A stretch of DNA of 64,000 nt from positions 1,536,001 through 1,600,000 of the forward strand of contig CP147780.1 in the NCBI GenBank assembly GCA_037310415.1. The letters are read 5' to 3'. The translations under genes were made by a program, and so were the position numbers. The number at the start of each line of letters is the position of its first letter. Within the stretch, counting starts at the first letter, position 1. The notes beneath the pieces are model-generated. The model was not told the origin of the DNA, ran no database searches, and saw only the letters and a program-made list of their open reading frames with translations. Of this stretch, positions 19,619 through 29,557 are shown piece by piece. This DNA is from Candidatus Atabeyarchaeum deiterrae (lineage in GTDB: Archaea; Asgardarchaeota; Atabeyarchaeia; Atabeyarchaeales; Atabeyarchaeaceae).

Positions 19619-20755
19619 TCATAAGTGGACCTTGCTGCGTGATGCGGCAGAAAGGGTTCTTGCATCTGTTTTGGTATTTAGCAATTGCTCAAAGCCACCT
19701 ACGACATCCTCTTTCATGTATTCGAGGTTTCCAAGTCTGATGTTGCGTATTCCCTCTATGGCATCCTTCAGATTCATTTCTCGAATTCCCTCCGTCACCT
19801 TGTAGTATTGAATAGCTTCAAGTTTTTCAGCAACCTTTTTCTCTTTGGCGCTTATGAGCTGTTTGAACATCGCGTCAACTTCATCGTTTTCCTCAAGCAA
19901 TCTGTAGAGTATCGTACTCATCATGAGGTTGTATGAGAACCTCTTGAAGTCGCTGGGGGACGGGCTCCCAACTAGGAGCAGAGGGTCAAGATTCATGAGT
20001 GCAACCCTGAAACCTATGGCCGCATCAGACAGTATCTTGATCGCCTCCTGAACCATGTTGCATCTTAATAGAGAGATCGCTTGAGCCACTCGAGTCTCTG
20101 ATGAACGGTGAAGCAGGATTGACTTGGTCTCAATCGCGATTTCGCCTAAGCCGGACTTGGGGAGAAGGTCACTCAGCTGCTCGAGTGAGGCAACGTATGC
20201 CGACGCGATCTTCCCAAAGATCTCCGAAGCTTGTGTGAACTCTTTGTCCTCAAACTTTTCCTTTGCCTCTTTCTCAAGTTCTGTTATGTCCTCTCCGGTG
20301 CTCAGAACTGATCCCTCAGTCATCAGCCGCTCGGCGTCACTCCACAGTTTTAGTCGAGCCATACAGTCAGCTGCGCCGACATAGCAAATGGCTGCAACAG
20401 TCCTGAAGCGCTTCTCACCGATTCTTCCGTATACTTCGGCAGCCTTCAAATAGCAGCTTACAGCGTCGCCCCAAAGCTGAGCCTTCTTGAGAGAGTTTGC
20501 TGTGAAAAGGTAGAGTTTGCCTGCCTCAGGCAGTGCATTCTTCAATTCGAAAGTTTCCGCAGCATCCATTGTGGAGCATTCTAACCCGGTTACTTCTCCG
20601 TACTCAGAACACGATGCAGCATAATCTAAGAAAGCATCAGCGGCTTCCCCGAAATCCCCCTGATCTAGAAGCTTCAGTGCCTTGCCTCTGATGCGCTTAG
20701 ATTCTTCTATTCTTCTGGTCCATGTCTTGAAATGATCATCCGGTTCAAGCGACAT
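19619..20755 (-). CDS. Alpha-SNAP (NSF attachment protein)-like TPR protein
   Basis: EAGKLYLFTANSLKKAQLWGDAVSCYLKAAEVY...AAICYVGAADC resembles the alpha-SNAP N-terminal helical-hairpin repeats. Confidence 0.65.
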   Translation of the reverse strand: MSLEPDDHFKTWTRRIEESKRIRGKALKLLDQGDFGEAADAFLDYAASCSEYGEVTGLECSTMDAAETFELKNALPEAGKLYLFTANSLKKAQLWGDAVSCYLKAAEVYGRIGEKRFRTVAAICYVGAADCMARLKLWSDAERLMTEGSVLSTGEDITELEKEAKEKFEDKEFTQASEIFGKIASAYVASLEQLSDLLPKSGLGEIAIETKSILLHRSSETRVAQAISLLRCNMVQEAIKILSDAAIGFRVALMNLDPLLLVGSPSPSDFKRFSYNLMMSTILYRLLEENDEVDAMFKQLISAKEKKVAEKLEAIQYYKVTEGIREMNLKDAIEGIRNIRLGNLEYMKEDVVGGFEQLLNTKTDARTLSAASRSKVHL

Positions 20756-21086
20756 AGCGCAATCAGCCTACCCTGCAATGAATATCGAGCATGCACAAGT
20801 TGTCTTTAAGACTAAGATTCACTCGTTAATAAACACAAGGGGAGACTTAGAGTATCAGCTAGATAGATAGACGGTCTGTCTTCCCCTGACATCACAATCT
20901 CAGACTTACTTCTTCTGTACGCCCACACCGGACGAGACATGAGAATATCCAGTAGGGGATCTCTCGACTGGCGATCATATGAACGACAGTAATATACTGG
21001 GAAGGAATATTAACCCCCGTCATGTTTATATACTTGGAGTTGCACTATACGATGAAAACGGCTTGCTTTGGCAAGTGCAAAGGGAG

Positions 21087-21248
21087 ATGACTCCAAAAAT
21101 GGTACGGTGTGAGACTTGCGGGCGCGTATTGACAATCAAGGATGGGACTCGACACACCAGCGAGGGCGAGACAATCCTCAGTTTCTGCAGCGATAAGTGC
21201 AAAGACATGTGGAAGACAGCAATCAGAAGTGTCTCAGTAGCGCACTAG
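21087..21248 (+). CDS. Small TRASH/YHS-like metal-binding protein
   Basis: CETCG...FCSDKC motif; likely ATG 21087 or 21099 (track start 20979). Confidence 0.7.
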   Translation: MTPKMVRCETCGRVLTIKDGTRHTSEGETILSFCSDKCKDMWKTAIRSVSVAH

Positions 21249-21449
21249 GATGTCTTTAGTCGGCCTAAGTACGTCCATCAATTACTTCTCATTACAGGCT
21301 CCGTTTTGCCAGTTGATTATCCTTGCGGGCAACTTGCCCTGTGGGAAAACCATTACGTGCTCTAGAAATAGGTCCTGCACTCAATTGAGTGTAACCCCTG
21401 GAGAAGCGGAAAAAAGTGGAGGAACTTGGAAGTAGGAAAACCCACTCAA

Positions 21450-21653
21450 CTATCGTTCCACTTCAAATGCTATTCTAACCTCAGCCCGGTACGCGGTGAC
21501 CTGATTATTGTCGACTTTCACGTCGAGCTTCGTTACTTCAGCTCTCTTTATACCCCTGACTGTCTTGGCTGTCTCTTCGACTGCATTCTTGACCGCATCG
21601 GCGAATGATTCGTCGGATATACCAACTACATCTATCAACTTCCAGATGGGCAT
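21450..21653 (-). CDS. Dodecin family flavin-binding protein
   Basis: KLIDVVGISDESFADAVKNAVEETAKTVRGI...YRAEVRIAFEVE. Confidence 0.93.
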   Translation of the reverse strand: MPIWKLIDVVGISDESFADAVKNAVEETAKTVRGIKRAEVTKLDVKVDNNQVTAYRAEVRIAFEVER

Positions 21654-21754
21654 ACCTTTCTCCTCCTGTTTACGGCTATGATACTAAGATGTAGTTAAGC
21701 GTTCCTATATGTAAGGCGTAAATGAAGCTTCTTGCGCGAACGGAGTGGCGGTTT

Positions 21755-21970
21755 CTAATCCATGCTTATTACGCTGACCGGGCACGCGTCTTTGGCGCTC
21801 TCGACACAGGAAACCAAGTGCTCTTCAACTTCGCCTTTGCCTGGGTCTCCCTTTCTGTACTTGGGCAGTATGCTGGACTTTGTGTCTTCGTCCAACTTGA
21901 ATACTTCTGGGCATTGTTCTTCGCAACTGCCGCAAGATATGCAGTTGTCCCTGTCTATAGTTATCTTCAA
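21755..21970 (-). CDS. Single-cluster ferredoxin
   Basis: ITIDRDNCISCGSCEEQCPEVF...AKDACPVSVI; likely TTG start 21970 (track start 22018). Confidence 0.92.
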   Translation of the reverse strand: MKITIDRDNCISCGSCEEQCPEVFKLDEDTKSSILPKYRKGDPGKGEVEEHLVSCVESAKDACPVSVISMD

Positions 21971-22154
21971 GAAGCAGACCTTCTCAGTATCATTCTGCAC
22001 AGAAAGTCTTGGCATCACGACTGCGATATAACGGTATCGTTGAACTGACTGACCCTCGCCTCTCTTTCGAAAACTATTTTAGCTACCCTTACGCATAACG
22101 GGAAGCTATAGTCAATATGTACACTCGGTGAGGGTGACATAAGCGTCAAAACAA

Positions 22155-23423
22155 GTGAAAGTCTACGGCTATAGATGGGCTGTTCTTCTTGCCTTTGGTC
22201 TAGTGTTCATGATGAGCCAGTTGACATGGCTTGCGTTCTCCCTAATTCGAGACGAGATCACTCCTGTCTTCGGTGCTTCAATATCAAGTTCCTCAGACAT
22301 TATTCTCTTGACAGCTTCACAACCACTAGTATTCATTATCCTATCAATTCCAATTGGAATGCTGGCTGATCGCAAAGGATTACTTCGGGTAGCGGGCATT
22401 GGGTCAATCATAGTGACGATCTTTGCGATACTTAGAGTGTTCTTGATCGATGACTTCATGTCGATTTTTCTTTGTCAAGTAGGTCTGTCAGTAGGAGCAG
22501 TCTTGGTCCAAAACTGTATCACCTACCTTAGCGCGCATTGGTTCCCGAGAACAGAAAGAACACTCGCTACAGGTGTTAGCACAGTATTCCAGCTTCTAGG
22601 GATGCTAATAGGATCAATTATGAGCTTGCTTTTGTGGAGCGTTCCCTTGTATGGACAAGCGGGCTATACTGCAGTCTTGGCACGGGGAACCATAGTGTCG
22701 GTACTTACCATTCAGGCGGTACTCTCTGTAGTCTTCACATTAGTTTTCTTCTTCGTGGCCAGAGACAGACCAAAATCCCCGCCGGACATCGAAGAAGCTG
22801 TGACAAAGAAACGCAGCATAAAGCAGATGCTGAAAGACAAGAACGTATGGATCATTTCGTACGGTTTCTTTGCTGGCTTTGCAATCATAATTGGTCTCAC
22901 AGGAATTCTTGAAACGTTGCTTCCAAGCCTCGGGATACCAAAAACACCCGGACTCACAAACCCAGTCGTGCTTACACAAATACTAATATTGTCCTTTGGA
23001 ATCATTGGTGCATTTATCATTTCAGCTATCTCCGACAAGGTCCAAAGGAGAAAACCATTCCTGCTTCTCGCCTTGGTGATGGGCGCCGTCACAACGTTGG
23101 TCTTGGGAACAAGCACGATCGCTATACTGACTTTTGTCATATCGGCGTTGCTAGGGTTCTTCCTAATCAGTGTCATGCCGGTGGCTCTGTCAACAATGGA
23201 AGAGTTGAAGTCGGTTGGTCCAGAGTTGTCTGGTGCAAGCGCTGGTATGGCATTTGAACTCGGAAACTTAGGGGGATTCTTGGGACTCATAATCTTGGAA
23301 GCCTTGGTGGTAGCTGGTTCTTACTTCTATTCGATTCTGTTCCTATTCGCTGTAACGCTGATAGCTGGTGTGCTAGTTCTGGTAATCCCGGAAACAGGAA
23401 GACGAGAGAAACGAAAGAAATAA
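22155..23423 (+). CDS. MFS transporter
   Basis: 12 TM helices, YRW at N-terminus, GMLADRKG, WFP..ER..ATG, SDK..RRKP, PETG. Confidence 0.93.
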   Translation: MKVYGYRWAVLLAFGLVFMMSQLTWLAFSLIRDEITPVFGASISSSSDIILLTASQPLVFIILSIPIGMLADRKGLLRVAGIGSIIVTIFAILRVFLIDDFMSIFLCQVGLSVGAVLVQNCITYLSAHWFPRTERTLATGVSTVFQLLGMLIGSIMSLLLWSVPLYGQAGYTAVLARGTIVSVLTIQAVLSVVFTLVFFFVARDRPKSPPDIEEAVTKKRSIKQMLKDKNVWIISYGFFAGFAIIIGLTGILETLLPSLGIPKTPGLTNPVVLTQILILSFGIIGAFIISAISDKVQRRKPFLLLALVMGAVTTLVLGTSTIAILTFVISALLGFFLISVMPVALSTMEELKSVGPELSGASAGMAFELGNLGGFLGLIILEALVVAGSYFYSILFLFAVTLIAGVLVLVIPETGRREKRKK

Positions 23424-23743
23424 GCAGCCATCTTCCCTCCTTTTTTTGTACAGGTCTGACATGCATCATTCTGATCGAGGATGACTCTCTACAAAGTCGC
23501 AGTCTGGTTTGGTGCTACTTATTACGGTTGAATGGAGCATTGAACTAGGGCCAAGCTACTGGAAGAATCGTCTTTGCTGCGCTGTATGTAAAGTCCAAGA
23601 ACAATGATGGGAAGATGCTGAGCGTCCGGCCTTGTGGGCGAGGATGACTAGTAAGATCCGTAACGAAATGCCTTCTTGCCTGACTGAGACTATTCAACTG
23701 AGCTACAGACTCATATCCGAAGTTGTCATACACGGAAGTCTGG

Positions 23744-25342
23744 TTAGAATACTTCCTCATCTTGATAATAGCTTCTGTTGATCCATGAAGCGATTTTCGC
23801 TTTCTCAATCTCGACACCGAGATAGAAAGCGTGCTCGAGCGTAGATATTACTCCCAGTCTGGTCAACGTGTCTCGTATCTCCAGTGGTCCGCTTCCTCTC
23901 ACAACAAAGTCCAATTCCTCTGCTTCTGGATTGAAATGGGAAACGACTATCTCTTTACTATCTTGATCGACATTTATCTTGAAGAAACCCCCGGGGTCAG
24001 TATTAGGTTCTTGACCGCGTCTGGCTTCGATTACCTGTATACCTTCTTTCTCTTCAGAGGATCCATCATGGGGAACATCCCGTCTTCTCTTTTCTTTCAG
24101 TCTCAGCAAGTCTATCCCTAAATCTTTTGGCGAAGAAATCCTTCTATTTGCTAGATACATCATCTTGCAGGCGGTGGCAAGCTCAGATACAGCTCCTTTG
24201 GTCTTCGGGCTTCCTTCAGTCGTCAATAGCAAGTTGGCGTTTAGCTCCTGTGCGATTCCAGCTAGTGTGGCGTTGACGCCGATGCTGTCCGCATCAATCA
24301 GTTCGGTGATATTTCCCAAACCAAACATTAAGGGTACGTCTGGGTGCCTCTTGGAGAACTCATGTGTAACTATGATTGAAGGGACTGTTCCTGGGAAGAT
24401 GAGTGGATCCAATATCGGATCAGCAATGATCTTGCTGAAACCAATCTGCGAGACACTCTCAACGTTTTCCTCAAGGCTCTCTACCCTTTTTCTCACGGAT
24501 TCTTCCAGAGAGATAGTCTTTCCGCTTTCAGGTGGGTCGGGAATTACGACGACAGCGACATCAGACAGATGTCCGGGATACCTGATTCTGTCTATGTTTT
24601 GGGAATTGAGGCTGAGAATCATATCTGCACCGAATTTTAGACCAGCCTCAAGATCCTCGGGGCATAGTGCATCAACACTTATGGGAACTCCTGGTCTTCG
24701 CTTGAGCAAGGTAACCATTCGTTTGACATCATCTGGTCGGGGCTTTCCCGCCAGCATTCCAATGTCGATTATCTTGGCGCCGCACTTAACATAATATCTT
24801 GCTTTTTTCACTAGCTCATCGTCAGAGAGTAGTGGACCGTCAAGAATCTCGGCCACGACGCGCATTGGGAAGTCTCTGCCCACAAGTAGCCGATTGCCAT
24901 CTCCCCCACCTATTATCATGTTCCATTGTTTCTCAAACACAGATTCATCAGGGTGCTCGGCTTGTTCAAGCAACCCCATGCTTCTTCGCTGTATATGTTC
25001 AGAGAGAATAGCGTCAGCGGCATCGACTTTCGATAATTCCACTTGTCCCAGCGCCTCAAATAGCACGGGAATGTCTGAAGCGTACTTAGTACCTTTGAAG
25101 ACGGGTAGTTTAATAACGTCTTCTATGATTGAGGTGCTTTCGCGAACCATTCCAGGTACAATCACGCAGTCATAACGACCCAGATCCTCGCCTCTAAGTT
25201 TCTCGGCGATGAACTGTGGAGTTAACAATGCTGCGACAGGTGAAGACAGCACTTTGATTGAGAATTGAACATGGCTTTGCTGTGAAGCAGAGTCGTAGAC
25301 CACATGCTCAGCTAACTGTCCAGTGACCAACAACACCCTCAT
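23744..25342 (-). CDS. mptH: Dihydropteroate synthase-like protein of methanopterin biosynthesis (MptH/MJ0107-type)
   Basis: VLLVTGQLAE, VAEI.D, GA.IIDIG, PISVD, IIADPILDP, G.GNITELIDADS.GVNA, TTE.S.KT, PKDLGIDLL.LKEKR, C-terminal DP.G.F...HA.YLG.E. Confidence 0.88.
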   Translation of the reverse strand: MRVLLVTGQLAEHVVYDSASQQSHVQFSIKVLSSPVAALLTPQFIAEKLRGEDLGRYDCVIVPGMVRESTSIIEDVIKLPVFKGTKYASDIPVLFEALGQVELSKVDAADAILSEHIQRRSMGLLEQAEHPDESVFEKQWNMIIGGGDGNRLLVGRDFPMRVVAEILDGPLLSDDELVKKARYYVKCGAKIIDIGMLAGKPRPDDVKRMVTLLKRRPGVPISVDALCPEDLEAGLKFGADMILSLNSQNIDRIRYPGHLSDVAVVVIPDPPESGKTISLEESVRKRVESLEENVESVSQIGFSKIIADPILDPLIFPGTVPSIIVTHEFSKRHPDVPLMFGLGNITELIDADSIGVNATLAGIAQELNANLLLTTEGSPKTKGAVSELATACKMMYLANRRISSPKDLGIDLLRLKEKRRRDVPHDGSSEEKEGIQVIEARRGQEPNTDPGGFFKINVDQDSKEIVVSHFNPEAEELDFVVRGSGPLEIRDTLTRLGVISTLEHAFYLGVEIEKAKIASWINRSYYQDEEVF

Positions 25343-25454
25343 GATGCAATCACCCTCTTTACAGCTATGATGATGAGCGAGGCAAACAAGAAGAGCGATG
25401 CCGCCTCATATGAGGTAGAAGCAGAAAGACGAGCTTATGAAATTGTTTGCAACT

Positions 25455-26198
25455 CTATTTCTTTGATTCGACACCTATTTCGAGCAAGAACTCAGATATG
25501 ATCTTGGTTGGGTCCTTCAGGACCTTGATGCCCTCTATTGTCTTCAGCTTGCTAACGTTGTCAAGATCCAATCTCCTTGACCTAACCGTGACCATTTCAC
25601 CCACGCTAACTGCTTCATAAGGGCAAACTTTTGCACATATCCCAAACCCTGAACATCTAGAAAGATCTACTCTCGCCTTGCTGTCAACTCTTACAACCGC
25701 ACGACTGGGGCATTTCTCGATTGGGGGACACACTTCGCAACTCCGACACTTAGTTCGATCAACAAAGGGGGGAAAGATTGTTTCGGTTTCGCCTTCTTGA
25801 TCCGTCGGAACAATCAGCGTGGGAACTCTACCTTTACCTGCCAGAGAGACCGCAGTGGTCACAAGGTTGTCTGCGATCCCATTAACAATCTTGGCCACCG
25901 TATTCGCTGTCGCCGGAGAAACAATGAGAACATCAAACGCTCCTTTTGAGAGTCTTGCAGCGGTTGGCGAAGCTGGGCCCTCCTCCTTTTCCCTCACCAC
26001 CTCACTGTAGTAACTCCCATCTGAGATCTTCGTCAGCTTTTCACCGAAACCATAAATCCTGATTGTCTCAACAGCGGCGCCCGAAAGAAAGGTCGTGACC
26101 TTTACGTCATACTCCTCAACCAATTTCTCCATTAACGAGAAGGACCCTGCGAGAAAATGTCCGGCCCCTGTGATCGCCCAAGCAATGAGCTTTGTCAA
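25455..26198 (-). CDS. dmrX: Dihydromethanopterin reductase (acceptor), flavoprotein with 4Fe-4S domain
   Basis: IAWAITGAGHFL, PATANTVAKIV.GIADNLVT, PTD, CRSCEVCPPIEKCP, CSGFGICAKVCP. Confidence 0.88.
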   Translation of the reverse strand: MTKLIAWAITGAGHFLAGSFSLMEKLVEEYDVKVTTFLSGAAVETIRIYGFGEKLTKISDGSYYSEVVREKEEGPASPTAARLSKGAFDVLIVSPATANTVAKIVNGIADNLVTTAVSLAGKGRVPTLIVPTDQEGETETIFPPFVDRTKCRSCEVCPPIEKCPSRAVVRVDSKARVDLSRCSGFGICAKVCPYEAVSVGEMVTVRSRRLDLDNVSKLKTIEGIKVLKDPTKIISEFLLEIGVESKK

Positions 26199-26476
26199 CT
26201 AACATTCACCTCGGATTTTCAGAATTACCACATTGTCTTGTTGCAGATAATGTAACGCATCAGACTCAAAACCTAAGGATGAATCGCCCTGCGTTCTCTG
26301 CCCGCAACGCTCCCAAATAGTATCGTGTCAAACCGGATTAATAAATCTCGCTTCTACTGGCTACATCCTGAATATTCGCTAGCTTTATTAGCAAAGCCAT
26401 CACTACCTCAAGCAGGTAAACTACAGGTGCAGTTGTGCATTTGTTACCATGACAACTGGAGAAAAATCGAAAAAGA

Positions 26477-26788
26477 ATGGAAGGTGAGAAGCAGAAAATG
26501 CCAGAAAAATCAAAATCTGAAGAGAATACTGTATTCGTCGGAGTCAAGCCTCCAATGAATTATGTCCTCGCAGTCATAACATTGTTCCACGACAACGCAA
26601 AGGCGGTCAGCATAAAAGCGCGAGGACAGGCAATAAGTCGCGCGGTGGATGTCGCTGAGATTGTACGCAATAGATTCATGTCGGACGTCAAAGTCAAGGA
26701 AATCATCACCGGAACAGAACAATTAACTGGGGAACAAGGAAACAAGTTCAGCGTTAGCACAATCGAGATATCCCTTTCAAAGGTCTAA
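26477..26788 (+). CDS. albA: DNA/RNA-binding protein Alba
   Basis: [43 protein letters not shown]. Confidence 0.97.
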   Translation: MEGEKQKMPEKSKSEENTVFVGVKPPMNYVLAVITLFHDNAKAVSIKARGQAISRAVDVAEIVRNRFMSDVKVKEIITGTEQLTGEQGNKFSVSTIEISLSKV

Positions 26789-26934
26789 GCCGAGAAGGGT
26801 TGCTATCTGCAAAACCCTTTACCTTCTCTTCTTCTTTTTGTTATCTAGGTACTTGTTTTTTCCATTTCGGCCAACATCCGTCCACCACATCGGACCCACG
26901 GGTACATTGGCTTTCCAAGGAATCTTAGGACATT

Positions 26935-27357
26935 TCATCTCTGTTCTGTCACTTTCTCAATATACATTAAGTCATAATCAAGGTCAGGGATGTGTCTCAT
27001 TGCTAGCACCGCTTTGGCTTTGCCATACAATGTGGTAACCTTTACCTCCATCGTGGAGCCGCTCAGCGAATCATAGTCATATGGTCCTTTGTTACTTTCT
27101 TTGATTTGCTCTTTTCTTATCTTCACATCGACTTTTTCCTTGAAAGGTTGAAGCTCTGTCGTTAGCTTGATGGCTTTCTCAACTGCTTCTATGACTTCAG
27201 GGTCTCTCGAGATAGGGATCCCTGTGAACTGGTGATAAATCGCACCCAAAGCGATTGCCCCTTCGAAGATCGCGCGCTCCCTATCCGAGACGCTCTTATC
27301 GAAGAACTTCTTCGCTTGGTCGATTCTTGTTTCTCCTTCCATAATTATTTCCACCAC
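26935..27357 (-). CDS. mptD: Archaeal dihydroneopterin aldolase
   Basis: SDRERAIFEGAIALGAIYHQFTGIP, LQPF, Y..L.G, L.Y.LMYI. Confidence 0.92.
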   Translation of the reverse strand: MVEIIMEGETRIDQAKKFFDKSVSDRERAIFEGAIALGAIYHQFTGIPISRDPEVIEAVEKAIKLTTELQPFKEKVDVKIRKEQIKESNKGPYDYDSLSGSTMEVKVTTLYGKAKAVLAMRHIPDLDYDLMYIEKVTEQR

Positions 27358-27445
27358 GATATCTCTGGATCAGTTGACGATGACCCTGGGTTATGAATCT
27401 TTCTTGGCCTTATCCATGAACTTCTCGGATGTTGAGAGGCAGGAT

Positions 27446-28276
27446 TTACCTTCTCGCTTTCGTGGAAGCGCACTTGAGGTCTTTGAAGTCTATCTTCGTG
27501 AAGCCTCTTATCGTTTCTCCTCTTGATCCAGTTACGTTGAACAATCCGCTCTTAACTCTCGACCATGTTGCAAGCCACTCAAGCAGTTCCTTGGCGAATC
27601 GGAGTTTCAACTTTTTGATTGACAGCCACGCATCCTCGCTATTGCGCGATTGAATGTCAGCGGGCAAGTTCTTTGAGTATTTGCCTATGGTTGTGCCCAG
27701 ATCCATTGCCGCGAGGATGATGCTTGTGGCTTTCATCTCTTCCGCCAAGAAAACTCCTCTATCTCCGTCTGTGAACCCTCCGAAATTGTGAACCGCTGGA
27801 GGTATGGGCTCAACTTGAGTAGATCCGAAAACGTTCGCTCTGCTTCTTTCGAGTATCTTGGGAACCCATTTCCTAAGAGTATCGATGTTGTCCCCGTGTC
27901 CATGGATAACAATTGCTGAGCCCTGGGCACCTGCCTCGACAATGTCTTCGAGACATCCATCCAAATCTGTGATTACTATGTGAGGTGAGATAGATTGCTC
28001 GAGGAAAGCGGTCGTCGCTCCATCTGCAACTACAAGAACGACCTGCTTGTCTAGGTTAGTTGAAACTAACTTCGCCATGTTGTCTTCAAGTGACGGACCT
28101 GCTCCAAAAACCATTACAGATTTACCTTTGATCAAACTTCCAAGCTTTGCGAGAGTTGGCGGAGCTTCAGATAACAGTTCGCGAAGAACTAGAGTGGCTT
28201 CCCGATCCCTCTCAATGGTGTATCCGAAAGCCGAAGCTATCTTCTCATACCATGGCCACCAAGAACTTAGCTCCAT
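27446..28276 (-). CDS. mptE: 6-hydroxymethyl-7,8-dihydropterin pyrophosphokinase
   Basis: W..WY..I...FGY...D, GAGPSL, ADGA, VITDLDG, HGHGDN, NFGGFTDGDR, KKLKL..A. Confidence 0.93.
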   Translation of the reverse strand: MELSSWWPWYEKIASAFGYTIERDREATLVLRELLSEAPPTLAKLGSLIKGKSVMVFGAGPSLEDNMAKLVSTNLDKQVVLVVADGATTAFLEQSISPHIVITDLDGCLEDIVEAGAQGSAIVIHGHGDNIDTLRKWVPKILERSRANVFGSTQVEPIPPAVHNFGGFTDGDRGVFLAEEMKATSIILAAMDLGTTIGKYSKNLPADIQSRNSEDAWLSIKKLKLRFAKELLEWLATWSRVKSGLFNVTGSRGETIRGFTKIDFKDLKCASTKARR

Positions 28277-28319
28277 GCTTTGTCAAATCACCCATCGAAC
28301 ATGATTTCTCTTCCCAGAT

Positions 28320-29273
28320 TCAAATTCTGGTGTTTCCACCGTTAACCTCATTCATCAGTTCTCCGAGCGTTGCACGTCTAACGGCGACCATGTCATGTTT
28401 GTGAATACTTTCAGCGCTTCTCATTTTCATCAAAACATGGGTTGTTGTCGGAAGGTCGTGGAAAGTTTCGAGAATTCCTTTCGCCATATATCTTATTGAA
28501 TCTTCAACAAACCTTGGGGTGCCTAGGGCCTTGATGACCATCTCAAGCTCATCTGGTCGTTTGAGTAACTCATATGTCGGTGCGCTGACAGACTCCTCAA
28601 TTATCCTTATGATATCTGTTAGATCAACATTGTAACCTTCCGGTGAATCCATGAGGATTGTTCCCACACAGCGTTGCATATGTGTTCCTGTCGGAGGGCC
28701 ATCCAACAGGCTCTCGGCTTGTTCCTTACTCAGTGACTGCGACCCATTCTTATGGATCCTATCTGCGAACAAACTGTCCATTGATTCCTTAACGCATGGG
28801 CATGCAGAAATGCCAACAGCTTTCGCCCCAATCATTCTCTTCGTTGTAACCTTGGACTCTTTGAGTCTCGAAACAACTTTGGCGAAAATGGTGTAAGGCT
28901 CAAAAGTCTCGATTGCAGTTACAGGTGTCTTACGTTCAATAATAGCTTCCGCTCTTGCCCTAACCTCTGTTCTTGTGGCTTCCTCATGCCTTTCTAGAAG
29001 CCTTTCCGAGATACCTGCACAGAGATCTTCAATTTTGTACCTTCTCTTTACAAACTCGTTAAATACCTCTGCAATAACCTCGTAGCTTCTTGAAGCATGA
29101 ATTCCCCTACGCATAGTCGGAAGATCGACAAAAACTTGGAACACTGGAAATATGATTACATTCTTGCCCTTAAGCGAAATGAAGCTCACAGGCATCCTAA
29201 TTCCAACTACGCCGACTTTCTCCAGCGGAATCGCCACTTGTGGCTTCTCACGATGAACATCACGCGGACTCAA
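28320..29273 (-). CDS. mptA: GTP cyclohydrolase MptA (FolE2 family)
   Basis: DVH, L..VGV, VDLP...RGIHASR, SACPC, THMQR, LKRPDE, PRFVED, ESIHKHD. Confidence 0.93.
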   Translation of the reverse strand: MSPRDVHREKPQVAIPLEKVGVVGIRMPVSFISLKGKNVIIFPVFQVFVDLPTMRRGIHASRSYEVIAEVFNEFVKRRYKIEDLCAGISERLLERHEEATRTEVRARAEAIIERKTPVTAIETFEPYTIFAKVVSRLKESKVTTKRMIGAKAVGISACPCVKESMDSLFADRIHKNGSQSLSKEQAESLLDGPPTGTHMQRCVGTILMDSPEGYNVDLTDIIRIIEESVSAPTYELLKRPDELEMVIKALGTPRFVEDSIRYMAKGILETFHDLPTTTHVLMKMRSAESIHKHDMVAVRRATLGELMNEVNGGNTRI

Positions 29274-29557
29274 AGCTTGGACACACCTATCAACCGATTG
29301 AGAAATCGGCTCAGATATGTAGCGTTCAACACTCCCCTAAGGATTGGGGTTTTCATATAAATACTTCAGCTACCTGGTAACAGTGCAATCCACCAGGGAC
29401 GAGAAGTAGATGAGATGCTTGCAAGGCACGTTAAGGTTCTTACGACCAGAGAGGATGAAGGGCGGTACGGGTGTCTGTGTCTCGCAGATCTACATCATCA
29501 ATTAACTCTCATCAACTCTAGCATTTCTACTTATCCCAAAACCCGTTGGCGTCTTGA

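Noticed and set aside
25404-25415. Perfect 12-bp palindrome CCTCATATGAGG between dmrX and mptH
   Set aside because: Palindromes of this length are expected several times by chance in 64 kb, and I found no convincing second copy upstream of related genes
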